A DNA stretch of 64,000 bases, taken from assembly GCA_016926475.1 (NCBI GenBank), contig JAFGON010000040.1, positions 10,849-74,848 on the forward strand. Direction: 5' to 3'. The translations under genes and the position numbers were made by a program. Under the pieces are notes generated by a model. It searched no databases, was not told where the DNA came from, and saw nothing but the letters and a program-made list of their open reading frames with translations. The stretch comes from a candidate division WOR-3 bacterium. Its GTDB lineage: Bacteria > SDB-A. Positions 36,882-47,329 of the stretch are shown here, piece after piece (the stretch's first letter is position 1; each line of letters opens with the position of its first letter).

Positions 36882-37229
36882 TGGTGGAGGCGGCGGGAAT
36901 CGAACCCGCGTCCGAGAGAGTAGCCTTCAAGGCTTCTACATGCTTATCCCGAAATTTGTTCTCGTCCCAAAAAACTCCATCGGGAAAGATTTTTCCAGGA
37001 CCAGCGCTGTTTGTTTCCTCCCTCCCCGCGCGCGAAGTTCAGGAGTAGCCCATCTGTGTGACCCCTGACATTCTTTGTGATAGGCGACAAAGAAGCAGAG
37101 GAGCCGCTTAGTTAAGCAGCCAAAGAATAACTGCTGTTGGCAGTTGATTTTTTGCCGTTTTTTGACGAGCTTCGGCGGCCCGGCATGCGACCCTGAGACA
37201 TTCAGTCCCGTCGAGACCATTTCGCCCCC
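36882..37229 (-). ncRNA. ssrA: tmRNA (SsrA)
   Basis: Minus-strand 5' end GGGGGCGAAAUGGUCUCGACGGG. The 3' tRNA-like end is ...GGACGCGGGUUCGAUUCCCGCCGCCUCCACCA. The internal tag reading frame ends ...GCC AAC AGC AGU UAU UCU UUG GCU GCU UAA. Confidence 0.85.
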
Positions 37230-37328
37230 TTCTTAAGTAAAGATATCTATAAAAGATAAAAAGTCAAGCTCTTAAGCCTTCATTGAACTTGACACAATAA
37301 AGCGTTGTGTTAGAATGCTTTCGAAAAT

Positions 37329-37418
37329 GGAGAGATGTCCGAGTGGTCGAAGGAGCACGATTGGAAATCGTGTAGGGGGTTAGTAGCTCCCTCGTGGGTT
37401 CGACTCCCACTCTCTCCG
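37329..37418 (+). tRNA. tRNA-Ser (anticodon GGA), class II with long variable arm
   Basis: Acceptor GGAGAGA/TCTCTCC. Anticodon stem-loop cacga-TTGGAAA-tcgtg. Long extra arm. T-arm GGTTCGACTCC. Confidence 0.85.
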
Positions 37419-37695
37419 AAAGTATTATCTCAGAGAAAACATTCGAAGAATTTGTTCTGAAACCCAGTGGGCGGGAGCGGTTTTAAAAAGAAATTTCCCG
37501 CTCTTAATAATATTTTCCTTCCCTTACAATCACAAAGTTTTGTATTTTTTGTGAATCTTTTCACAAACTCAAAAAAAGAAATTGAAAATATCCTTGTTCA
37601 CTGGGATAATCAAGCGAGATATTTTAAGATATGAAAAACAGATATAATTTACCAGTTTTTTTCACCACCCAAATTTTATGTCAAAAGGAGAAAAT

Positions 37696-38052
37696 ATGGA
37701 TGAAACTAAAAAGGTATTGATAAGCGATACATTCGCAAACTTTTTCGGCATCCAATCCAAAGGTTTAAGGCAGATTAGAGGTAACGGTAAATTGGTCTTA
37801 GATCAAGAATTTTTGTATTTTAGAATGCTTTTACCAAAGAGAGTAATTCGAATACCGGTAAATGCGATTATCAAAGCCGAGGAATCTCTGTCTCATTTAA
37901 AAAAGACCAAAGCAGCCCCTCTGTTGAAAGTGACTTTTCAAAACGACGAGGGTAGTATTGATTCGGCAGCTTGGCTTGTAAGAGACCTCAGCAGTTGGAA
38001 AATAGAGATTCAATCGCTTATAGATAAAAAAGGATCCGATACAGAAAAATAA
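37696..38052 (+). CDS. Hypothetical protein
   Basis: ATG at 37696 preceded by aaaggag. No family recognised. Confidence 0.4.
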   Translation: MDETKKVLISDTFANFFGIQSKGLRQIRGNGKLVLDQEFLYFRMLLPKRVIRIPVNAIIKAEESLSHLKKTKAAPLLKVTFQNDEGSIDSAAWLVRDLSSWKIEIQSLIDKKGSDTEK

Positions 38053-38170
38053 ATTCTCTTCTGATATACATAGATGATTATCACATGTTTCATTGACACA
38101 AAAAACAGAATGGTCAGTCCCAATAATTCGGCAAATATCGAAAACCTCCAACATAAGAACCTTGCAATCA

Positions 38171-39109
38171 ATGGAAACAGAAAATAAACAAGGAACACCG
38201 ATTTCTGAGGAGTGCAGGGCAAAAAAGGCAAGCGCGGTGACTCTTTTCAGTTTTGTCGGCAACTTGGTTTTGACCTTTTTCAAGCTTTTTTCAGGAATAA
38301 TCGGGCATTCAGGGGCTATGGTCGCTGACGCCGTTCATTCTCTTTCGGATTTCGCGACCGACCTGGTGATACTGATAAGTTTCAGAATTGTAAAAAAACC
38401 CCGTGACAAGACCCATGATTACGGACATGGGAAATTCGAGACCCTTGCGACGGCGATAATCGGCGTAACTCTTTTTTGGGTTGCAGCCGGCATCTTGATA
38501 TCAGGGGGCAGAAACGCGTATATAATATTAATAAAGAATGAAACTGTACAAGGGCCGACAGCGTTAGCTCTTGTCGCTACAATAGTGTCAATCTTGGTCA
38601 AAGAAATTATATACAGGTATACCGTCTCGGTAGGCAGAGAAATCGAAAGCATGGCTGTTATCGCTAACGCTTGGCACCACAGATCCGATGTTTTCTCTTC
38701 TTTGGGCACTTTTTTAGGAATAGGAGGAGCCTATTTTCTGGGAGACAAGTGGGTGGTTCTCGATCCTCTTGCGGCAATAGGCGTTAGTATTTTTATGTTC
38801 AAGTTGTCGTTTGTAATAATCTACAAAAGCGTAAGAGAATTGATGGAAGAATCTCTCGGTGATGAAACTAAAAAGCAAATATTGGATTTGATAAAAAAAA
38901 CGGAAGGGGTATTTGACCCTCACGACCTCAAGACGAGAAAGATAGGAGATAAAATCGCCATAGACGTGCACATCCGTGTTCCCAACGACATGACAATAGT
39001 TGAAGCGCATAAAATAAACGACAGTATTGAGTTCAAGATAAGGGAGAAATTCGGTGAAAACACTATTATTTACATACACACAGAACCGGAAGAGGAACAG
39101 ATTACATAA
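38171..39109 (+). CDS. Cation diffusion facilitator (CDF) family metal transporter
   Basis: HSGAMVADAVHSLSDFATD is the CDF TM2 signature; HDYGHGKFE is also present. A C-terminal cytoplasmic domain follows. ATG at 38171; the track start is an upstream TTG. Confidence 0.8.
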   Translation: METENKQGTPISEECRAKKASAVTLFSFVGNLVLTFFKLFSGIIGHSGAMVADAVHSLSDFATDLVILISFRIVKKPRDKTHDYGHGKFETLATAIIGVTLFWVAAGILISGGRNAYIILIKNETVQGPTALALVATIVSILVKEIIYRYTVSVGREIESMAVIANAWHHRSDVFSSLGTFLGIGGAYFLGDKWVVLDPLAAIGVSIFMFKLSFVIIYKSVRELMEESLGDETKKQILDLIKKTEGVFDPHDLKTRKIGDKIAIDVHIRVPNDMTIVEAHKINDSIEFKIREKFGENTIIYIHTEPEEEQIT

Positions 39110-39124
39110 AGGAGATGAAAAGAG

Positions 39125-40036
39125 ATGATGCTCAGTCATATTAAAGCCCCGCCCCTGAATTCGACGCTTATGGGAGTAGTAAGCGCCGTTTCTGATTACT
39201 ACAGAAACGGTCACAGCACCGCGGTCCTCTATGGTGGCTCCGGACACGCTTTTCTGATGAACATCCATGAAGATCTCTGCCCGAGCGGACCGTATTGCTG
39301 GAACCTAGAACCTTTCTACAAAAACCTTTTCAACCTTGGAATAGACATGGTGGATGAAGGTTTTTTTACGGTTGAAAGTCCATACGAGGAGAGACAGGAG
39401 ATTGAGAGCCTTCTTAGAAATTCTCTCGACAGAGGTCGTCCGTGCAGCTTGTTGAATATGGAGCATCAGCTAATTCTGGGCTACGACGAAGTTGGGTTTG
39501 TTTTGTATCAGCCCTGGGGTTCTGATTTCGACTTTACACCTGATCGACTGACATTTTCCTCCTGGAATGAGTTCGGAGATTCTGTTCATGTCAATTTTTT
39601 CACTTTCAACAAAGCCAAACCCGCAAACGAAGAAAAGATTATTGTAGAGAGTTTAAGTTACGCCAAAGACCTCTACGACAATCCATCTTCTCATACGGAT
39701 AAACCTTATGCTGTAGGGCTCTCTGCATACGAAAACTGGATTAAAGCGATAAGAAATAAAACCGCGGATGAGCACGGAAACTGGTGGAACGGAAAAGTCT
39801 GGAGCGAATGCAGGTCGTGGGCTTGTCGGTATTTAGAGGAAATCTCAAGTAAATATCCCAGAATATCTCAGATTGCGAGAGAACTTTCTGAGAATTACAA
39901 AAAAATCTCTATGGAACTGGAACTTGTCGGGGACAAAACGGGGAAACCTTCCGATAAATTAGCGGCTCTGCAGAGAGCTGAAGAAATTGAATTTTTGTCG
40001 GTTCAGAGGTTTCGCGAGATATTGGAGAGAATGTAG
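39125..40036 (+). CDS. Hypothetical protein
   Basis: 303-aa ORF. No confident family. Confidence 0.4.
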   Translation: MMLSHIKAPPLNSTLMGVVSAVSDYYRNGHSTAVLYGGSGHAFLMNIHEDLCPSGPYCWNLEPFYKNLFNLGIDMVDEGFFTVESPYEERQEIESLLRNSLDRGRPCSLLNMEHQLILGYDEVGFVLYQPWGSDFDFTPDRLTFSSWNEFGDSVHVNFFTFNKAKPANEEKIIVESLSYAKDLYDNPSSHTDKPYAVGLSAYENWIKAIRNKTADEHGNWWNGKVWSECRSWACRYLEEISSKYPRISQIARELSENYKKISMELELVGDKTGKPSDKLAALQRAEEIEFLSVQRFREILERM

Positions 40037-40041
40037 ATTAT

Positions 40042-40740
40042 TCAATTTCCATCCCATGTCTTGTTGGTTCCCGAAAATAATCTCTTGCCCGTCACCGCTT
40101 CAAATACCTGCAGGTAGTATCCACCTGCCTCATCACCAGCCATTACTATTTTATCGTCTATAAGCCTTATGAAGACTTCGTTCTTGTATTGGCTGTGCCC
40201 AACCGACAACTGTTCGACGTCGGCTCTCCATATCTCGTGACCGTATTCCGCGTCAAGGCAGGCGAGACCTGAACCTGTTGCTATTGGATGGAAGACTGCC
40301 ACAAAGAGAAGCGACTTCTCCTCGTCGAAAATAACCTTAGCGTTTCTGCCGTAAAAAAAAGGCGGTTTCGGATTGCATGTCCAAAGAACTTCGTTTCCCG
40401 AAAAATCTTTCAAGATAATCATGGATCCGACGACAGTGTTCGGTTCTTCCATGACCGGTTCAACGTATATTTGACCAAATACCCGGCCATCTTCATGATA
40501 AACAATGAAAGAATCTCCCGTAAATATCCCGCCGTTGTCCCAGAGAGTCGTTTCGCTGTCCACTGTCCAAACAACATTAAGCGGCTCTTTACCAAGGTCC
40601 TCGACGAGAACCATATCTTCGAGATTCAGAGTCCAGTCTTTAAACATCACCGCTTTGTCCTTTTCAGAAGCAGTCGAATTCTGGGTTGAACAGGACACGA
40701 ATAAAGCTATAAAAAGCGTTGTTTGAACGATTATTTTCAT
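40042..40740 (-). CDS. Hypothetical lipoprotein
   Basis: RBS aaggag. MKIIVQTTLFIALFVSCSTQ is a lipobox. Confidence 0.5.
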   Translation of the reverse strand: MKIIVQTTLFIALFVSCSTQNSTASEKDKAVMFKDWTLNLEDMVLVEDLGKEPLNVVWTVDSETTLWDNGGIFTGDSFIVYHEDGRVFGQIYVEPVMEEPNTVVGSMIILKDFSGNEVLWTCNPKPPFFYGRNAKVIFDEEKSLLFVAVFHPIATGSGLACLDAEYGHEIWRADVEQLSVGHSQYKNEVFIRLIDDKIVMAGDEAGGYYLQVFEAVTGKRLFSGTNKTWDGN

Positions 40741-40824
40741 TGAGATCTCCTTTGAATTACAATCCTTTTATACCATTATACTCTTAAAGAAGATAAAATA
40801 TTCAGGGCTGATTATGGAGGTTGT

Positions 40825-41388
40825 ATGGAGGAGAAAAAAGCTATTTTTCCTGAACTTGTGACGAAACGACTTGTTCTGAGAGAGTTCATACAGAAAGACG
40901 CAAACGCCGTGTTCGAGATGTTTTCTCGAGACGCTGTAACCAAATACCACAACGTTGAAACCATGACCGACTTAGAGCAAGCCAGAAAATTCGTTTCTTC
41001 GAGGATAAATGTTTTCATCACCAAAGCAGGAGTGAGGTGGGCTCTGGCTTTGAAAGAAAATCCGACCAAGGCGATAGGCTCGGTCGGGTATTTTAACCTT
41101 AACAAGCCCAACGGATTTGCCGAGGTCGGATACGACCTCCATCAAGATTTCTGGCGTAGGGGGTATATGGAGGAGGCTCTCAGTAAGTCCATTTATTTCG
41201 GATTCAGCGAAGAATTCTTTTTTTATCTCAACAGAGTAGAAGCTATGACGTACCCTGAAAACGAAGCTTCGACAGGTCTGCTTCTCAAATTAGGATTCAA
41301 ATACGAAGGAGTGCGAAGAGAATATGGTTTAATTAAGGGAAAATACACGGATTTAAAATGCTTTTCGCTTCTGAGGAGAGAATGGTAA
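40825..41388 (+). CDS. GNAT-family N-acetyltransferase (RimJ/RimL-like)
   Basis: LVLREF...DA..VFEMF..., then WRRGYMEEAL and a C-terminal VEAMTYPENEASTGLLLKLGFKYEG. Confidence 0.7.
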   Translation: MEEKKAIFPELVTKRLVLREFIQKDANAVFEMFSRDAVTKYHNVETMTDLEQARKFVSSRINVFITKAGVRWALALKENPTKAIGSVGYFNLNKPNGFAEVGYDLHQDFWRRGYMEEALSKSIYFGFSEEFFFYLNRVEAMTYPENEASTGLLLKLGFKYEGVRREYGLIKGKYTDLKCFSLLRREW

Positions 41389-41406
41389 AAGCTCCGGGAA
41401 ATAAGC

Positions 41407-42123
41407 TTGCTGATAATTGTTTCAAGCCAGACATGTTTTATAGAAGCTGATGTGGATTATTCAGATAATATCATTGCGGAATCAGTTTCTATCGCTGAAA
41501 ATATTTGGGTTAAATCATTCCTGGTCGACATCGAATACATGGATGATGAAGGCAGGAATCCGTATTTCATTCTTGAACCAGGTTATTACCTGAATCTTGA
41601 AGGCTTAGAAGAAGGTAAAGAAACCAGCCTGTACATCCTTGTCACGGATGATACGGAATTAGTCGATGATGCTATGACCAGAATTGTCGAGGAAAGAAAA
41701 TACATCGACGGGAATTGCGTCAGGATTACAAAGAAATTCTGCGCCATTGACACCCGGACAAACAGCGTTTACATCTTCGGAGAACAGGTCGATGAATATC
41801 ACGCAGGTGAAATCACAGGGCATGAAGGTTCATGGCGTTCCGGGGAAAACGGAGCAACTTTCGGTCTTTTGATGCCCGGTCTCGTCATTAAAGGATCGAG
41901 GTTCTTCACTGCTTACGCTCCGGGAAACGTAATGAACAGAGCGGAAATTATAAGCAACGATGTGATCATAGAATTGTTGAACGAGACATTGCATCATTGC
42001 GTCAAAACAGAAGAAACTTCAGCACTTTATCCAGTGACCAAAATGACGAAATATTACGCGGTGAATTTCGGCCTTTTTATGCTTGACGATTTGCTTATGA
42101 CCGGTTACGGATATGTGAAATAG
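41407..42123 (+). CDS. Hypothetical protein
   Basis: ORF only. The start is uncertain. Confidence 0.35.
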   Translation: MLIIVSSQTCFIEADVDYSDNIIAESVSIAENIWVKSFLVDIEYMDDEGRNPYFILEPGYYLNLEGLEEGKETSLYILVTDDTELVDDAMTRIVEERKYIDGNCVRITKKFCAIDTRTNSVYIFGEQVDEYHAGEITGHEGSWRSGENGATFGLLMPGLVIKGSRFFTAYAPGNVMNRAEIISNDVIIELLNETLHHCVKTEETSALYPVTKMTKYYAVNFGLFMLDDLLMTGYGYVK

Positions 42124-42153
42124 TTTTGCCTAAAAACAACAGAAAGATCTGAT

Positions 42154-43014
42154 TTGAAGTATTCGATCGCGTCGGTAGCTCCTACAATCGCAAAATCCTT
42201 CGGGGTGGAATTACCCGAGAAATCAGAGGATAGACCGATAAATTCCGTTTTAGATTTAATTAAAAAAAATTCGCTGGAAAAGATACAGAAATGTTTGATG
42301 TACGCGCCGGACGCCGTAGGCCTTGTTCAGAAAAAAAAATTCCCGTCTTTTTTTAAAGAAATCGAAAGCAGAACAGACATCAAACAGAAACTGTCGTCAG
42401 TTTTACCCCCGAAAACACCGGTTTGCTTTGCGTCAATGTTAACTGGCTTGAAACCGGAAATTCACGGTATCAGGAAATACGAAAAACCAGTTCTGAGAAT
42501 TGACACTATTTTCGACGTGCTGATAAGAAGCGGGATAAAACCGGCGATCGTCGCGGTTAAAAATTCGAGCGTAGACCTGATGTTCAGAGAACGGAAAATG
42601 GAGTATTATTCTGAGAGGTACGACACTGAGGCGGTTGAAAAAACCGTGGAACTCATAGCCGAGAGCGATAACGATTTTATTCTCTGCTACAACCAGGAAT
42701 ACGATGATGCTATACACGCCTGTGATCCATTCGGTCCGGAAGCCGAAAATGCCCTTAAAAACCAAAACCAAAATTTTATGACACTTTTGCGACAAGTAGA
42801 TGAGAATTGGAAGGATTACGACAATTTGACAATGTATACTCCGGACCATGGATGCCATATTGATCCAGAGACCGGCAGGGGAAACCACGGCGACGATATT
42901 TCGGAAGACATGGAAGTAGTTCATTTTTATAGAATAAAAAGAGGAATTCGCCCTGATAAACGAAGGTTGAGTGACAAAAAATATCAGACAAAAAACAGAG
43001 AGGATTTAAAATGA
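42154..43014 (+). CDS. Alkaline-phosphatase-superfamily (type I phosphodiesterase / nucleotide pyrophosphatase-like) protein
   Basis: TPVCFASMLTGLKPEIHGI is the Thr-nucleophile region of the ENPP/PhnA-type fold. YTPDHGCH is a DHG metal site. Family-level call only. Confidence 0.4.
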   Translation: MKYSIASVAPTIAKSFGVELPEKSEDRPINSVLDLIKKNSLEKIQKCLMYAPDAVGLVQKKKFPSFFKEIESRTDIKQKLSSVLPPKTPVCFASMLTGLKPEIHGIRKYEKPVLRIDTIFDVLIRSGIKPAIVAVKNSSVDLMFRERKMEYYSERYDTEAVEKTVELIAESDNDFILCYNQEYDDAIHACDPFGPEAENALKNQNQNFMTLLRQVDENWKDYDNLTMYTPDHGCHIDPETGRGNHGDDISEDMEVVHFYRIKRGIRPDKRRLSDKKYQTKNREDLK

Positions 43015-43589
43015 TAAATAGCATTGGCTGTGCTGTGATAATTTTCTTTTTAAGCTCCCTGTTCGGAGAAAATGATCGTGAATCGGTAAGGTTTACCGGA
43101 AAAGTTTTTAAGGGTGAGGAATTTATAGAGCCCATATCAGCGACACTCATTTTCAAGCTTTTGCCCAAGTCGGACGACGGATGGTTTTTATGGATTGGGG
43201 GAGAAGACAGTCTAAAAAATTACTGCAGTGCGGCGACGCCTCCATTCAGAGGGATAAACGCGACAATAATAGAGGGCTGGCATTTCAGAAACGCTGACAA
43301 TTCAGGCTCAAACGACGGAAAAGTCAACGCTCCGCAGAATGAAAGAGGATTCAGATTCGTTCTGGATGATTCCTGTTACACCATAGCGGAAAAGTATGTG
43401 AAGATGGTCTGCTGGCCGCATGAATACACACAAGACGAAATCGATGCCGCGTCGTATGAATTCAACGGGTTGAAATTCGGCAGAGGAAGGTTAATTATCA
43501 CGGACATGAAACTCGGCAACCTCTTTGTCGGGGAAAGGGCAATTCTGGAATACATCGAATTCGAGGTCGAACTGGAAAATTTCAGGTAA
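43011..43589 (+). CDS. Hypothetical secreted protein
   Basis: N-terminal hydrophobic signal-like segment. ATGA overlap with the upstream gene. Confidence 0.4.
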   Translation: MINSIGCAVIIFFLSSLFGENDRESVRFTGKVFKGEEFIEPISATLIFKLLPKSDDGWFLWIGGEDSLKNYCSAATPPFRGINATIIEGWHFRNADNSGSNDGKVNAPQNERGFRFVLDDSCYTIAEKYVKMVCWPHEYTQDEIDAASYEFNGLKFGRGRLIITDMKLGNLFVGERAILEYIEFEVELENFR

Positions 43590-43642
43590 CGCCATGCAAG
43601 ATTTTTTTGTGAAAACTTGATTTTTTGAAGTCAGTGACGGAA

Positions 43643-43915
43643 TTATTTTATCTGATAATCTTCAAGCTCAAGCGTCAGATCTAGGTCTCTCTGGTAAATT
43701 TTTACCTCTCCAACTCCAAGGGCGTACCAGTGATCCGTTCCACCGCCACGTGAGTTGGTTCCAAGAACATGCACACATTCGAAAGTTCCTGCAGGGACAG
43801 TGACTTCTTCGTTTAAATGGATTACTTCCCAATCAACTTCGTCGCCCAGCCCCTTGGTGGTCCATGTAAAATCCTGATCAATAGGATATTTGATTACAAC
43901 TTCAGGGAGTTCCAA
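43643..43915 (-). CDS. Hypothetical small protein
   Basis: ORF only. Confidence 0.3.
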   Translation of the reverse strand: MELPEVVIKYPIDQDFTWTTKGLGDEVDWEVIHLNEEVTVPAGTFECVHVLGTNSRGGGTDHWYALGVGEVKIYQRDLDLTLELEDYQIK

Positions 43916-44068
43916 CTCACCATGCTCAGAATCACCGTGAAAAAGAACTTCTCCATTTTCATTTACGATTTAGAACAATGAGTAAAGGGCTGGGTTTGGG
44001 ACCTGAACCAACTCATTGATTATTTGTTTATGCTGTCGGATAATAAAATTATATCTTTAAGGAAAATA

Positions 44069-45715
44069 ATGAGAACATATTCAGGAAACATAGCTTTTCC
44101 CTTAGAGCAAAAAATATGTTCCGGGACAATTTTTGTCGAAGATGGTTTGATACAGAAAATTGTCGGAGAAAACAAAAAATTCGAAAATTATATAATACCC
44201 GGTTTTGTCGATTCCCATATCCATATAGAAAGTTCTATGCTTTTGCCGTCTGAATTCGCTCGTGCCGCCGTGTCGCACGGCACGGTTGCCGCTGTATGCG
44301 ATGCCCATGAAATAGCGAATGTAATGGGAACAGAAGGTTTGAAATTCATGATGGACGATGCAAAAAAGAGCCCGTTTAAATTTTTCTTTTCAGCTCCATC
44401 ATGTGTTCCCGCGACTGATTTCGAGACCAGCGGCGCTTGTTTGAACGTTTCAAAGATAAGGGAGTTGTTTGAAAATTTTCCTGAAATCAAATTTCTCGGG
44501 GAGATGATGAACTATCCCGGAGTTATTGCGAGAGATCCGGAAGTGATGGGTAAAATCGAAATAGCAAAAAAATACGGAAAAAAAATAGACGGCCACGCGC
44601 CGGGGTTGATGGGTGAAGACCTGGTTAAATACGTCTCTGCGGGTATAACAACCGACCATGAGTGCTTTATGAAACAAGAAGCTCTTGAAAAAATTTCGCT
44701 TGGCATGAAAATATGGATAAGGGAAGGATCGGCGGCGAAAAATTTTGACGAGTTGATATCAATAGCAGAAGAAAACTTCATGAACTGCGGTTTTTGTTCT
44801 GACGACAAACACCCTGACGATCTCGTAAAGGGTCATATAAACAAATTGGCGAGAAGAGCACGAGGAAAGGGAATCGGCGCCATGAAAACGCTGAAAATGG
44901 CATGTGTCAATCCTGTTTTGCATTATGGATTGAATGTGGGACTTCTGAGAATTGGAGACAGCGCCGATTTTTTGGAAGTAGAAGATCTTGTAAATTTTAA
45001 AGTATTGAAGACAGTTATTGGCGGCGATGAAGTTTACGACGGACAAAATACTTATCAGAGAACCGAGACAGCAAATGTCATCAACAATTTCAGCACAAAA
45101 AAGAAAACAGTTATTGATTTCAAGTTAAAAACCGAAAACAGACCTTTACGCGCAATCCAAGCTTTGGATTGTCAGTTGATAACGAAATCCATTGAAGCGA
45201 TTCCTTTTTCAGAAAATGGAGGATTGGTTTCAGACCCTTCAAATGACATATTAAAAATATCTGTCGTCAACAGGTACGAAAACGTAAAACCATCTGTCGC
45301 TTTCGTCAAAAATTTCGGGTTGAAAAAAGGAGCTGTTGCATCCTCTGTCGCCCATGATTCCCACAACATTGTCGTAGTGGGTGTCACCGACGAAGACATC
45401 TGCGGAGCAGTCAATCTAATTGTCGAAAATCAAGGAGGTCTGAGCGCATTTTGTAATGACGAAAAGATTTCAAAGATTCTTCCCCTTTCGATTGCGGGAT
45501 TGATGAGTGCTGAAGATTTTATTACAGTAGCAAGGAAATATTCGGAGTTGGATCAGCTTGCAAAAAACTGGGGATCGAAACTGAAAGCTCCTTACATGAC
45601 TCTTTCGTTTATGGCTCTTCTTGTCATACCGGAAATAAAACTTAGCGATAAGGGACTTTTCGACAGCGTCAAATTTGAATTTATAAATCAAACAGGCAAA
45701 ACACGGAATAATTAG
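44069..45715 (+). CDS. ade: Adenine deaminase
   Basis: IPGFVDSHIHIESSML is the Ade metal-binding motif. The ~560-aa length fits the family. The ATG at 44069 is preceded by aagga; an alternative upstream ATG lies at 44024. Confidence 0.8.
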   Translation: MRTYSGNIAFPLEQKICSGTIFVEDGLIQKIVGENKKFENYIIPGFVDSHIHIESSMLLPSEFARAAVSHGTVAAVCDAHEIANVMGTEGLKFMMDDAKKSPFKFFFSAPSCVPATDFETSGACLNVSKIRELFENFPEIKFLGEMMNYPGVIARDPEVMGKIEIAKKYGKKIDGHAPGLMGEDLVKYVSAGITTDHECFMKQEALEKISLGMKIWIREGSAAKNFDELISIAEENFMNCGFCSDDKHPDDLVKGHINKLARRARGKGIGAMKTLKMACVNPVLHYGLNVGLLRIGDSADFLEVEDLVNFKVLKTVIGGDEVYDGQNTYQRTETANVINNFSTKKKTVIDFKLKTENRPLRAIQALDCQLITKSIEAIPFSENGGLVSDPSNDILKISVVNRYENVKPSVAFVKNFGLKKGAVASSVAHDSHNIVVVGVTDEDICGAVNLIVENQGGLSAFCNDEKISKILPLSIAGLMSAEDFITVARKYSELDQLAKNWGSKLKAPYMTLSFMALLVIPEIKLSDKGLFDSVKFEFINQTGKTRNN

Positions 45716-45921
45716 TATTATGGACAAATTCAAATTTCCCGTCGGTTATCAAAAATTCAACAGCAAGATCATCTTCATTTTCCACCTAAATGCGAAATCT
45801 GTTACTGGGATGATTTTTAAGGAAAAGGACCGCTCGCAGAAACATTGTCAGATGGGATATTTTAAACTGACCCCTGACCTTATGAAAAAGCGGATTGGTA
45901 TAAAAAGCCTGATTTAGAATT

Positions 45922-46716
45922 GTGGAAATCTCTCAGATATTGAAAATCGCATTCTCTTTTTTCGTCGCGGGATTCTGGATTTCTTTCACTACAGCGCTTG
46001 CCGAAAGACTTGGAAGCAAGACAGGCGGATTAGTTTCAAATCTGCCTTCAAACATCCTTGTCAGTTTCGTATTCATAGCACTCGCGAAAAACACGAATTA
46101 CGTCAGAAACGCTTCTGTTTCGGTTCCGGTGGGCATGACTATAGACACGCTGTTTTTGGTTGTTTTCACCCTTTTTCTTAGGTTTGGGCTTGCAACCGCG
46201 ATAATTTCATCTCTTGTCTTATGGTTTTCAGCCGCTTATATTTCCTGCTCTATTTCTTTGCACAATTACGGGTTAAACTTAATCATCTATCTTGCCGTCA
46301 CCGGAGTTTCTTTTTTAATTCTCGAAAAAGCCCTTAAGATCAGATCTAAACCTGGAGATCTAAAGAGGTATTCATGTTCTCAGATCTTTTTCAGAGCTTT
46401 TTTTGCCGGTTCGGTCGTGTCGACGGTTGTCGCGCTTTCGGAATTTCTCGGACCTCAATCTATCGGAATCATTGCGACATTTCCAGCGGTTCTTCTCTCG
46501 ACAATGGTAATATTGACAGTTAGTAGAGGTAATGAATTCGCCCGGTCAACAGCCAAAATTCTGGTTTTGTCCTCAACAAACATAATAGTTTACATTTTTT
46601 CCGTTTATTTAACCTACCCGGTGATCGGAATCATCTTCGGCACGATTGTGTCGTTTGCCGTATCATTGTTTTACATTGCCGCGTTGAGACAGTTTGTGGA
46701 ACACCTTACCCGGTGA
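45922..46716 (+). CDS. Hypothetical polytopic membrane protein
   Basis: ~7 predicted TM helices. Confidence 0.45.
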   Translation: MEISQILKIAFSFFVAGFWISFTTALAERLGSKTGGLVSNLPSNILVSFVFIALAKNTNYVRNASVSVPVGMTIDTLFLVVFTLFLRFGLATAIISSLVLWFSAAYISCSISLHNYGLNLIIYLAVTGVSFLILEKALKIRSKPGDLKRYSCSQIFFRAFFAGSVVSTVVALSEFLGPQSIGIIATFPAVLLSTMVILTVSRGNEFARSTAKILVLSSTNIIVYIFSVYLTYPVIGIIFGTIVSFAVSLFYIAALRQFVEHLTR

Positions 46717-46793
46717 TCCTAAATGAAACCCGATAAACCTGCAGCATCAGATCCACATAAAAACTATAAAATCCCAAATAATGAAAACAGAAT

Positions 46794-47294
46794 TCAGCCC
46801 CGGCATTTGTTTAAAACTTTCCGAAGCCTGATTGAATAAAATATGCTGAATGCTATGAAAAAAACGAAAGCGGCGAGAAAAGTCAGTGACAAGCCTGACA
46901 ATCTGCCGTATGCAACTTGCTCTATGGTTTGAAGAAGTGAATAAAAAAGGACGCATAGGGAAGAGGTCAATCCGGATATCATTTCCGAAAGCAAATCCCA
47001 AAAGGGTTTTTGCTTATCAGGGGGTAGAGCCAAAAATTTCTCTTTTTGGGGAATGTTTAAAAGAAAAGTATAACGGCGTGAAAGCAACAACAATCCGTAA
47101 AGAAGAACAGCCATGAAAGGCGGAAGCAGGATTAGACCTATCAGTTCCCACCCTTTACCTGTCCATCTGTCGGGTCTCCCTGAAAAACCAAAATGGACAG
47201 GAATTTCATCTGGCATTGTTTTCCATAAATGAAGCCCCCAAAAAGACCCCAATGAAAGAACGACTACGTTGAAAAAATCGTAAAATCTTTTCAT
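46794..47294 (-). CDS. DUF1648 (SdpI/YhfL-like) membrane protein
   Basis: PVHFGFSGRPDRWTGKGW is the DUF1648 core motif. TM-rich. Confidence 0.45.
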   Translation of the reverse strand: MKRFYDFFNVVVLSLGSFWGLHLWKTMPDEIPVHFGFSGRPDRWTGKGWELIGLILLPPFMAVLLYGLLLLSRRYTFLLNIPQKEKFLALPPDKQKPFWDLLSEMISGLTSSLCVLFYSLLQTIEQVAYGRLSGLSLTFLAAFVFFIAFSIFYSIRLRKVLNKCRG

Positions 47295-47329
47295 TTTGTT
47301 CTACCCCTGAATACTTTTAGAAAAGCTTC

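Noticed and set aside
36936-37220. 94-aa ORF on the minus strand
   Set aside because: It lies entirely inside the tmRNA gene, so it is a spurious translation of structured RNA.
42154-42220. 'IASVAPTIAKSFG' at the N-terminus of the AP-superfamily ORF, which resembles the usually C-terminal APTI motif and might indicate a permuted or mis-split gene with 41407..42123
   Set aside because: The upstream ORF has no alkaline-phosphatase motifs and ends with an in-frame stop 30 nt earlier. The resemblance is short and probably fortuitous.
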